IMG/VR virus record: IMGVR_UViG_3300005764_000038 | Span: 1-37,113 of that record | Direction: 5' to 3' (one strand) | DNA: 37,113 nt | Source: a virus | Lineage: Duplodnaviria; Caudoviricetes | In this document: positions 18,422 through 25,257 of the stretch, piece by piece | How positions within the stretch are numbered: position 1 is the first letter of the stretch | Layout of the letters: the number at the start of each line of letters is the position of its first letter | The notes under the pieces: generated by a model | Told to the model about the DNA's origin: nothing | The model's database searches: none | The model's input: the letters and a program-made list of their open reading frames with translations, nothing else | Position numbers and translations under genes: made by a program

Positions 18422-18588
18422 TGCTCCCTATCCTCCTTCAACCCGTGCGCGTCATGCTCGCGATGACTGCGTTTTAGCAGCCGCAGAGCGCGCTCCTTTA
18501 TGGGGTCTCGCTGCCATTCTGGTTTCGTTATCCGCCGGCCGTATGCTCGGCTTTTAGCGTCTCGCAGGGCTCGCTTTCGGCCTTTCAT
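18418..18588 (-). CDS. Small basic hypothetical protein (56 aa)
   Basis: Begins MKGRKRALRD, with ATGA overlaps on both sides. Confidence 0.55.
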   Translation of the reverse strand: MKGRKRALRDAKSRAYGRRITKPEWQRDPIKERALRLLKRSHREHDAHGLKEDREQ

Positions 18589-18767
18589 CGTTGTTTCTCC
18601 AGTTTCCGCGGCTCTTGCCACTGTTCGCGCTTGCGGCGCTGCGCTTCGGTTTCGGGGCATTGCCGCGGGCATTGCATCGTGACCCCGTGGGTCCCGGAAA
18701 GGTGTCGCCATACGCCGATTACGACCATTTCGCGGCCGCATACTTCGCAGCACGGGGGCTCGTTCAT
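18585..18767 (-). CDS. Small Zn-finger-like protein (60 aa)
   Basis: CEVC...CPRQC motif in a coupled ORF. Confidence 0.6.
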   Translation of the reverse strand: MNEPPCCEVCGREMVVIGVWRHLSGTHGVTMQCPRQCPETEAQRRKREQWQEPRKLEKQR

Positions 18768-19174
18768 GGGTCCTCTGTCGGCGCTGCCGCTTGGCTTCTT
18801 CCGGGCCGCAGCAATTGCTCTACCGTGAACCTAACCTGAGCCACTGACAAGCCGCCGACTTCGATAGCTCTCGCCAAGCGTGGCCCGTATAGGCCGCTTC
18901 TCGCGGCCTCCATGAGCTTACTATCATCCTGCTCGATATCGTCGCTCGGTGGGCGGAATACCTCGGCCTTGCCTTTCGGTGGCGCTATCGGCTCGGCTTC
19001 GGGGAAGCATTTGTCATCGGTCGCCAGCGTGATCGCGCTCATCGCTTCCATGAGAAACCGGTCACGAGCAGCAAGCGCGACTTCTCGCAACGCGTCTCTT
19101 GCCGCGGGGCCGAGCTCACCACGGGCGACGCTTGCGACTAGCGCCTCGGCTTCGGTTCGTTCGGCGTCCGTCAT
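18764..19174 (-). CDS. Hypothetical protein (136 aa)
   Basis: Coupled ORF containing ARGELGPAAR and RSGLYGPRLA units. Confidence 0.65.
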   Translation of the reverse strand: MTDAERTEAEALVASVARGELGPAARDALREVALAARDRFLMEAMSAITLATDDKCFPEAEPIAPPKGKAEVFRPPSDDIEQDDSKLMEAARSGLYGPRLARAIEVGGLSVAQVRFTVEQLLRPGRSQAAAPTEDP

Positions 19175-19509
19175 GCTCGCGCCTTTCGGGTGACGGCTAC
19201 TGCCCGCCTGGCTGCCCGTAGGAACGCTCTGCGCGTGGCCCCGGGCACTGTCTGCCGGGCGACTTCGGCAACGGCCTCCTGAGCCGCCTTGCCGTACTCA
19301 CCGCGGTTCACTCGCCGGACGAGCTCCTCGTCGAGTCGGTCGGCTTCGACTTCGTGCTCATCGGTGCGCGCTCGCTCTCGGCGCTCGTTCGCCTCGGCCG
19401 CGGCCCACAGTTCGATCCATCGGTCTTGCTGCTCGGCCGGCGCGGTCCGGACGATGGCGCGGTCCCATTCCGGCATGCGGGCCCAAATCGCCTCGGTGCG
19501 CTCGTTCAT
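19171..19509 (-). CDS. Hypothetical protein (112 aa)
   Basis: Coupled ORF. Its NRGEYGKAAQ unit resembles the motif in the next gene. Confidence 0.65.
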   Translation of the reverse strand: MNERTEAIWARMPEWDRAIVRTAPAEQQDRWIELWAAAEANERRERARTDEHEVEADRLDEELVRRVNRGEYGKAAQEAVAEVARQTVPGATRRAFLRAARRAVAVTRKARA

Positions 19510-20438
19510 GCTGCCCCCCTCCCGATGCTCGCCACGAGCGCCGCAAGCGCTGGGTCGGGCGCGCAGGGGCCTTCTCGGCCCCCGTTTCGGTCGTGCTCGA
19601 TGGCGCCGGGGGGTCGGAGCTTGCCCTGCGCGTTCTGGTCAATGACCCATTGGCGCGCTCTGCCCGCCCATCCGGAGCGCCGTTGGCCTGCGAGCTTGCC
19701 AATGGTCCAGGTCGCCACGAACGCTCGAACGCAATCCCGCACCGACTCGAGCGGGGCCGGGAGTTGCTCGGCTAGGCGCCGGAGCGTGCCGTTTGATTCG
19801 AGTCGGTCGGCAAGGTCCGGCGGGCACATCGTCTGGCGTCCGGGGTCTGATTCTTCGCTTGAAAATAAAAAATCACCACCACCACCACTCGGCGCTTCAC
19901 GCGCGCGCACGCTGACAGGTTCTGGATCTGGTGTTGGTATTGGATCGGATCGGATCGGATCGGATCGGATCGGAAGAGACGTATCGCGAGACGTCTCCGG
20001 TGCCGTTACTGTAGGCGTTACTGTAACGCTACTGTCGGGCGGCCCACGTGTCTCGCGTCGTGTTTGATTGACGTCTCCCGTTGGTGACTTACTCTTCGCA
20101 CGCCAGGTTTGCTGACGTCTCGCTCCTGGGGTCACGGCGGCCTGAGCTTCGACGAAGTTTGTAATCCATAGGCGGCCATCGCGATGAGTCAGGTAACCGT
20201 CATCGAGCATCGATTGAATGTACGTTTCTACGAGCGCCTTTTCTTTCGGATGAGCGTTGAGAGCTCTCGCCAGATCCCTCGCGGGGCTTTCGGTCGACCG
20301 AAGGATCGTCGCATCGTCGCGGCTCTTCGCGAGGCGAAGAAGGAAGTCGCGAAGGGAGCGGTTCAAGACGGGCAAGAGCCGGTCTTCGGTGCTTTCCCGG
20401 ATATAGAGTTTGTACCACGTCTCGACAGAGTAATTCAT
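19506..20438 (-). CDS. Putative replication initiator protein (about 310 aa)
   Basis: Start ATG at 20438 after AAGGAAAGGGG. N-terminal wHTH-like region, a RQQTWRAK basic patch, a low-complexity repeat linker and a helical C-terminal domain, as in lambda O/DnaD-like initiators. Confidence 0.65.
   Translation of the reverse strand: MNYSVETWYKLYIRESTEDRLLPVLNRSLRDFLLRLAKSRDDATILRSTESPARDLARALNAHPKEKALVETYIQSMLDDGYLTHRDGRLWITNFVEAQAAVTPGARRQQTWRAKSKSPTGDVNQTRRETRGPPDSSVTVTPTVTAPETSRDTSLPIRSDPIRSDPIPTPDPEPVSVRAREAPSGGGGDFLFSSEESDPGRQTMCPPDLADRLESNGTLRRLAEQLPAPLESVRDCVRAFVATWTIGKLAGQRRSGWAGRARQWVIDQNAQGKLRPPGAIEHDRNGGREGPCAPDPALAALVASIGRGAA
19942..20036. repeat. (GGATC)6 tandem repeat and CGTTACTGTA repeats; candidate origin
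   Basis: GGATC x6 at 19942-19971. CGTTACTGTA at 20004 and 20016, with a variant at 20027. Confidence 0.7.
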
Positions 20439-20502
20439 GCGTGGCCCCTTTCCTTCTTCGACGCAGACGACGACATCGGTCCGACGCTCGCTCCCCTGGC
20501 GG

Positions 20503-20826
20503 TCATGACGACTGCGCCTTCCGCCATTCCTTCGCCTCACGAGCTTCCACGAGCCGCGCCTCTTTGACCTTCGCCACGCTCTCGGGCGACAGCACGTAAT
20601 CGCGCATCGATTCCCAGCAGGGTTCCCCATCGTCGTGAAACGGGATCCAGTCGCCGAACGGAAACCGGATCGCCACGCGGCGCTTGGGTTCGAGGGCGGC
20701 TTCATACTCGAAGGTTTCGAGTGGTCGCAGCGTGCGTGCTGGCGGCGCTCGTTTCCGCGCCCGTTTGCCCTCGCCGATAATCGCACCGAGATATAAGAGC
20801 GGCCGCCGGTAAACCGTGAGCGTCAT
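20503..20826 (-). CDS. Hypothetical protein (about 107 aa)
   Basis: ATG at 20826 overlaps the upstream stop. Confidence 0.6.
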   Translation of the reverse strand: MTLTVYRRPLLYLGAIIGEGKRARKRAPPARTLRPLETFEYEAALEPKRRVAIRFPFGDWIPFHDDGEPCWESMRDYVLSPESVAKVKEARLVEAREAKEWRKAQSS

Positions 20827-21005
20827 GCGAAAACCCCCGCCATGCTCCATGGCTTTCGTCGCGGCGCGCCTTCGCGAAGCTCCGAGCGCCGCTCCATCCG
20901 GCACAAGTTGCACTCCGAGCGCCGCCCGTCGCTCGTCAGGGGCGAGCGCGCAAACGCCTTTCGATCGAGCACCTGAAGACATTGCCGGCAGCGCTTCGTT
21001 TTCAT
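20823..21005 (-). CDS. Small Zn-finger protein (60 aa)
   Basis: KRCRQC...F...SDGRRSECNLC motif, with RBS AGGGAGG. Confidence 0.65.
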   Translation of the reverse strand: MKTKRCRQCLQVLDRKAFARSPLTSDGRRSECNLCRMERRSELREGAPRRKPWSMAGVFA

Positions 21006-21229
21006 GGCGCCTCCCTCGCTGGTAGAGCTTTCAGGCAAAGGAGTAGGCGCTTAAGCGCGTCGTCGGCTTCGGCAAATACCGCTATCTCATCGGAATCGGC
21101 TTCGAGGCGCACGGCCGCACGCGCGTAGCCCTTGCCGTACACGAGCTCAGCCGTCTCCCCGAAGACGCGCTTTGCCTCCGTCAAGACCGCGCCCGGAAGC
21201 GCTAGCGCCTCGTCGAGCGGGCTGGTCAT
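21002..21229 (-). CDS. Hypothetical protein (75 aa)
   Basis: Coupled ORF. Confidence 0.6.
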   Translation of the reverse strand: MTSPLDEALALPGAVLTEAKRVFGETAELVYGKGYARAAVRLEADSDEIAVFAEADDALKRLLLCLKALPAREAP

Positions 21230-21513
21230 CGGAGAAGCCCTCGAAGCCCGGGGTAGGCGGCCCGAAGCTTTCGAAGCGCCGACTCCATGATCTGCCCGAC
21301 GCGTGCCTTCGTGAGACCGAGCTCGGCCGCAATCTCCTCGTACGACATGGCGGGGTCCTGGCTGGCGGCCTCGCTCTGCGCGGGATCCCAGCGCGGAACA
21401 CCGTTAGTCGAACGCTTCCCGCCCGCCCGGTATTTGCGCTTTCGCTCTGCGATCACCTTGCGATTGCGCTCGTAGTACTCGCGCCAATAGGCTTTCTGCT
21501 CTTCCGTCGCCAT
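21226..21513 (-). CDS. Stand-alone sigma-70 region-4 HTH protein (95 aa)
   Basis: Contains MSYEEIAAELGLTKARVGQIMESALRKLR. Confidence 0.8.
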   Translation of the reverse strand: MATEEQKAYWREYYERNRKVIAERKRKYRAGGKRSTNGVPRWDPAQSEAASQDPAMSYEEIAAELGLTKARVGQIMESALRKLRAAYPGLRGLLR

Positions 21514-21722
21514 TACTCGGGCCTCCCCTCGTGCACGGAAGCAAACCGGTCGTAGCCCGCGGCCTGGTCGTGTTCCGTGAGCGCGCGCTCGGCCTGGTCA
21601 CGTGCCACCACGCACTCGTCGTCGGGCAGAAGCCCGCCCGTCTCAGCCAGAACGAGCGCGCACACCGCCCGGCGGATGTTCACGGCCGAGACCAGCACGA
21701 GCGACCGCTCGCGAAAGGTCAC
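21513..21722 (-). CDS. Hypothetical protein (69 aa)
   Basis: Its stop overlaps the next ATG (TAATG). Confidence 0.55.
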   Translation of the reverse strand: MTFRERSLVLVSAVNIRRAVCALVLAETGGLLPDDECVVARDQAERALTEHDQAAGYDRFASVHEGRPE

Positions 21723-21729
21723 CGGACGC

Positions 21730-21970
21730 CCCCGACTTTGACACTTTCATGCGGACGGGGCGTAACGCGCTGATACAATGCGACACGTTTCCAGCCGAAA
21801 ACCCGCCAAACAGCGGCGCCCGTGCTGTTTGCAAAGGACGAAGGTTCCTTTAGCGCAAGGGACCTTTGCTCGCTCGCCATTCGACGGGTTTCCAGCATGA
21901 TTCATGCTCCTTCCGTTACTCCGCTACGGCGCCGGCCGAGGCCTCGTCGGACCCCGACTTTGACGCTTTC
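21730..21970. other. Candidate attP region
   Basis: 19-bp direct repeats CCCCGACTTTGAC(A/G)CTTTC at 21730-21748 and 21952-21970 flank several inverted repeats, including AAGGTTCCTT-tagcgc-AAGGGACCTT at 21841-21866, at the 3' end of int. Confidence 0.6.
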
Positions 21971-22992
21971 TTGTGCTTTTCGACGAGCGCGATCTGCGCT
22001 TCCATGACGCCCATGGTGGCGAGCGCTTCGGGGTGGCCGTAGACGCGCTCGACCATTTTCGAGTCCACGTGTCCGAGGTTTTTCGCGACGAGCGCGGTAT
22101 GGACCCCGGCCTCGATGAGCCACGTGGCGTGTGTCCGGCGTAGATCGTTCGGGGTCAAGCGGGGGATGCCGGCCTTCGCGCAGCGGCGGGGCAGGTCGCG
22201 CGAGATGCGGGCCCATTTCGTTTCCATGGCCGGCAGCGCCGTCAGAAGCAGGTCCCGGAACGGGGTCGGGACGGGCACCACGCGCGCCGAGAGCGCCGTC
22301 TTAGAGCCCCGCAGTCTGACGAGCCAAGAACGGTGGTTCACGTCGAGCCGTACCGCGCGCAGGTACTCGGAGAGCCGGGCGCTCGTCGCCACGATGAAGG
22401 TCACCGCCGAAAGCTCGTGCGGTTTCAGAACGGCCGCAAGCTTCTCTAGGTCCCCCTGGTCCAGATGCGCCTTGCGCGGCATATAGCCCGAGGAGAAGCC
22501 GATGGGTTTCAGCGCCGAGATATCACCCGCGTACTGGCCCTCGCGCTTGGCGTGCTTGCAAACCTGGACGAGACACGCGAGCTCTTTTACGAGGGTGTTA
22601 TTGCAGGCGCCTTCCTCGCGCCGCTTGTCGATGTACCGATCGATCGTGGTCGGGGTAATCACCGACATCGGGCTATGCTTGCCGAAGATGCGGCTTACGT
22701 GACCGAGCTTGCAGCGGTACATGTTCACGGTGCCGGCCGCGCTGTGCTCGACCTTGATCGCTATCACCCTGTCTATCCAGTGCCCGAGCTCCGCTTCACG
22801 CGAGGCAAGGTAAAGGGGGTTGTTGACGCAACGTTCCCGATCTTCGAGCCAAGCGCGAGCGCCTTCGATCGTGCGCGCGCCCGTGGAAACTCGCTTGCCG
22901 GAAGCCGGATCACGGGACCACCATACTTTGGAGATCCGTTGCTGGCCGGTTTTCTTGTCGAGGTATTTCGGTTTATAGAATCCGTCTTGCAT
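21916..22992 (-). CDS. int: Tyrosine recombinase / integrase (358 aa)
   Basis: Catalytic motifs TSARLSE (R), GSKT (K), NDLRRT (HxxR box with N), LGH and RVYGH (Y). Confidence 0.92.
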   Translation of the reverse strand: MQDGFYKPKYLDKKTGQQRISKVWWSRDPASGKRVSTGARTIEGARAWLEDRERCVNNPLYLASREAELGHWIDRVIAIKVEHSAAGTVNMYRCKLGHVSRIFGKHSPMSVITPTTIDRYIDKRREEGACNNTLVKELACLVQVCKHAKREGQYAGDISALKPIGFSSGYMPRKAHLDQGDLEKLAAVLKPHELSAVTFIVATSARLSEYLRAVRLDVNHRSWLVRLRGSKTALSARVVPVPTPFRDLLLTALPAMETKWARISRDLPRRCAKAGIPRLTPNDLRRTHATWLIEAGVHTALVAKNLGHVDSKMVERVYGHPEALATMGVMEAQIALVEKHKKASKSGSDEASAGAVAE

Positions 22993-23180
22993 TTTGCTCT
23001 CCTGTCATTTCCGCTCGTGATGAGCTCTTCTAGGACGTCAGCGGGAATTCGCCGAAGTCCGTCGACCTTTACCCCATACCGCGCGACAAGCGCGTAGGCT
23101 TTCGTGCGCCCGCAACGGAGCACGGCTCGGACGTCGCGAGCCCGAAGCAGGACTTGACCCGGGGCGCGCGTCGTGCTCAC
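22773..23180 (-). CDS. Excisionase-like HTH protein overlapping the int start
   Basis: GTG at 23180 after GAAGGGGG. LLRARDVRAVLRCGRTKAYALV...KVDGLRRIP is an HTH_17-like pattern. Confidence 0.7.
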   Translation of the reverse strand: MSTTRAPGQVLLRARDVRAVLRCGRTKAYALVARYGVKVDGLRRIPADVLEELITSGNDRRAKCKTDSINRNTSTRKPASNGSPKYGGPVIRLPASEFPRARARSKALALGSKIGNVASTTPFTLPRVKRSSGTG

Positions 23181-23344
23181 GATTGCCCCCTTCGGGGAAG
23201 TAGCGGCCACCCGAGAACGGGTACAGGGGGGGAAACCGGGATGCCCGGGTGACCGCTGCGCACGGGTGTACTCCGGTCCACTCCGTAGCGAAACACGGAA
23301 CGAACGGCTGCCCCGTTTTGCAACATGCACATTCGGGTGGACAC

Positions 23345-23584
23345 TTAGGCGGCCCCCCGGTTGGTGCTACACCACGCATGGCGGTACCGAAGGCCATCGA
23401 AATGGACGCGCTCGGTTGGCTCGATGACCCGGCCGCACTCCGGGCAGGTTTGCTGAACGGGCCCCGGGGGGCCGGAAATCTCTGGAGGTTGCCGGTCATC
23501 GAAGAAGCGCAAGAGCACCCGCGTACCGACGTAGGCCGCGAAGAAGATGCCGGCGATCCACCAATAGAAATAGGCGGTAACCAT
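23345..23584 (-). CDS. Small membrane protein with C-terminal Zn finger (79 aa)
   Basis: Hydrophobic segment YFYWWIAGIFFAAYVG and a CPEC...HAWC motif. Confidence 0.6.
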   Translation of the reverse strand: MVTAYFYWWIAGIFFAAYVGTRVLLRFFDDRQPPEISGPPGPVQQTCPECGRVIEPTERVHFDGLRYRHAWCSTNRGAA

Positions 23585-23592
23585 ATGGGGCC

Positions 23593-23823
23593 TCACGCGG
23601 CAAGCACGTCCGGCGGCTCGCCCGATCCGAAAAGGAGCCACCCCGGGGAGCACCGAAGAGCGCTCGCGATGTTTCGGGCGGCTCGAAGCCGCAGATTTGA
23701 GCTACGTTCGCCGCGTTCGAGCTTGCTCACCATGGAAAGAGAGAGCTTCGCCCGGGTCGCAAGCTCGCGCTGACTCAGATTTCGGGCGATTCGCAGGCGC
23801 CGGATACGGGTGCGCATCATCAT
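23593..23823 (-). CDS. Cro-like XRE HTH regulator (about 76 aa)
   Basis: Contains RIRRLRIARNLSQRELATRAKLSLSMVSKLERG...IASALRCSPGWLLFG. Confidence 0.85.
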   Translation of the reverse strand: MMMRTRIRRLRIARNLSQRELATRAKLSLSMVSKLERGERSSNLRLRAARNIASALRCSPGWLLFGSGEPPDVLAA

Positions 23824-23832
23824 GGCTTTCGA

Positions 23833-23864
23833 AGCACTAGCGTACTTCGCAGCACGGTGGTACT
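23833..23864. promoter_or_regulatory. Tandem operators between the divergent repressor genes
   Basis: AGCACtagcGTACT at 23833-23846 and AGCACggtgGTACT at 23851-23864. Confidence 0.7.
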
Positions 23865-23925
23865 CCAGAACAATCGTCCACCGAATCCAGATGACCCCGA
23901 AACGCGGCCAGGGCAGGCTAGGCCC

Positions 23926-24423
23926 GTGACCCTGTACGACCGCATGAAGCGGGTAATTGCGATGCACCCCGGCTGGACCACCCGCCATTGGGCCCGCGCG
24001 GCGGGGCTAGCCGAGGAAAGTCACGTCTACACGATAATGCAACGGCTCCGGAGAAACCCGGAGGCGACGGTTTCAGTACGGACGCTTGCCGCACTTGCGG
24101 AGGGGGCTGACGTCCCTTTTGAGTGGCTCTCCACCGGGAAGGGCGACCCCCGTAGTACCTGGATACGGATCGACCCCGACCCCATGTACCCGACCCGGGC
24201 TCAGGCGATTGTCGCGGCCCGCCTGCTCGGTTGGGATTCCCGCGCCATCGCGAAGGTGAGCTCCGTCAGTAATCTCCCGACCGATCCGGGGCTCGATTAC
24301 TGGCGCCGTCTTATCGAGGCTCAGCACGTGGCCCTCCCGCGCGACGCGCTTACCGGTCCGCTTCCAATCGCTATCAGGGCGGACGGTTCCGGCCCGCACA
24401 CGGGCCGCCGCAAGACCCGGTAA
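23926..24423 (+). CDS. CI-like repressor with N-terminal HTH (start uncertain: 23857, 23926 or 23944)
   Basis: Contains WARAAGLAEESHVYTIM...RTLAALAEGADVPFEWLSTGKG and is divergent from the cro-like gene. No S24 peptidase domain is visible. Confidence 0.7.
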   Translation: MTLYDRMKRVIAMHPGWTTRHWARAAGLAEESHVYTIMQRLRRNPEATVSVRTLAALAEGADVPFEWLSTGKGDPRSTWIRIDPDPMYPTRAQAIVAARLLGWDSRAIAKVSSVSNLPTDPGLDYWRRLIEAQHVALPRDALTGPLPIAIRADGSGPHTGRRKTR

Positions 24424-24713
24424 GATGTCCGCGGGAGCCCCCTCGAGTCGGGCAACCTCACGCAAACCCCCGCCCGGGATTTCTTCGTAGGAAATCACCC
24501 GAGCTAAGTTACCGAATCTTTGGACGGAGAAGACCACGATCGGCCCCTTCTCCCGGCGAGTCCCCCGAACAGAAGCCCCGGACCTTATCCGACCCGAACC
24601 GCCGGATGGAAGTGGGCTCTTCTGCCACAGCACACGATTTGTACGAGCCTCCCCGCCCATGTGGGCCGATGTCGGGAAAGCTCCCACTTATTTGTGACAT
24701 TCAGGCACTAAAG

Positions 24714-24750
24714 AGCACCCCGGTACTAAAGTACTAGAGTACTCCGTACT
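24714..24750 (+). promoter_or_regulatory. Operator cluster upstream of the rightward early operon
   Basis: AGCACcccgGTACT at 24714-24727, GGTACtaaaGTACT at 24722-24735 and AGTACtagaGTACT at 24730-24743. Confidence 0.7.
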
Positions 24751-24751
24751 C

Positions 24752-25078
24752 GTGTCCCCTGAAGACGCGGCTTACTACGACTATCGCGCGGCCGAGCTCG
24801 AAGCCCGCGAGCGCGAGGAAGAAGAAGCCGAGGCTCGGAGGGAGACCGAGAGAAGGGAGCGTAGTGGGATGACGGTCCAGGATGCGCTACGGGAGACGGC
24901 AAGGCTCGCGAAGGGGCGAGCGGAATACTTCGAGTGCCGGGCGGGCCGGCGCGATTCGTACCGGACGCCCGCGGCCACCGAGCCCGCCGAGCGGGCCCGC
25001 TTCGAACGTGACGCGCTTGCCTTCGGACAGGCCGCGGCCGTCATCACGACGCTTGCCGATACGGGGAAATGGCCATGA
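24752..25078 (+). CDS. Hypothetical protein (108 aa)
   Basis: First ORF after the operator cluster, coupled to the next gene. Confidence 0.65.
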   Translation: MSPEDAAYYDYRAAELEAREREEEEAEARRETERRERSGMTVQDALRETARLAKGRAEYFECRAGRRDSYRTPAATEPAERARFERDALAFGQAAAVITTLADTGKWP

Positions 25079-25257
25079 CCAATACGCACCGTCAACGGGT
25101 GCGCCGCAAGATCGGACGCGCGCTCGAATGGCTCGGTGACGCGCTATGGGGACTCTGCCAGGCCGATTACTCGTTTGCGGCCGCCGCCTACTGCTTCCTT
25201 CGGGCCCGGGGCATCGGGGAGCGTGAGAGCGATGCGATCCTTCGGGGGCAGCCATGA
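25075..25257 (+). CDS. Hypothetical protein (60 aa)
   Basis: ATGA overlaps on both sides. Confidence 0.6.
   Translation: MTNTHRQRVRRKIGRALEWLGDALWGLCQADYSFAAAAYCFLRARGIGERESDAILRGQP

Noticed and set aside
21750-21915. tRNA fragment as attP core
   Set aside because: No T-loop (GTTCGA) or CCA-end pattern was recognised. No tRNA gene was seen anywhere in the window.
22328-22339. GAAC-N4-GTTC inside int
   Set aside because: Intragenic and lacks full flanking symmetry. Probably chance.
23177-23344. Possible 55-aa minus-strand ORF between the membrane protein gene and xis
   Set aside because: It fits the gap but has no recognisable features and contains an operator-like site. Not enough support to call.
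24704-24751. GTACT repeats as a mini-CRISPR array
   Set aside because: Units are 5-8 bp with no spacers and no cas genes. Overlapping operators explain them better.
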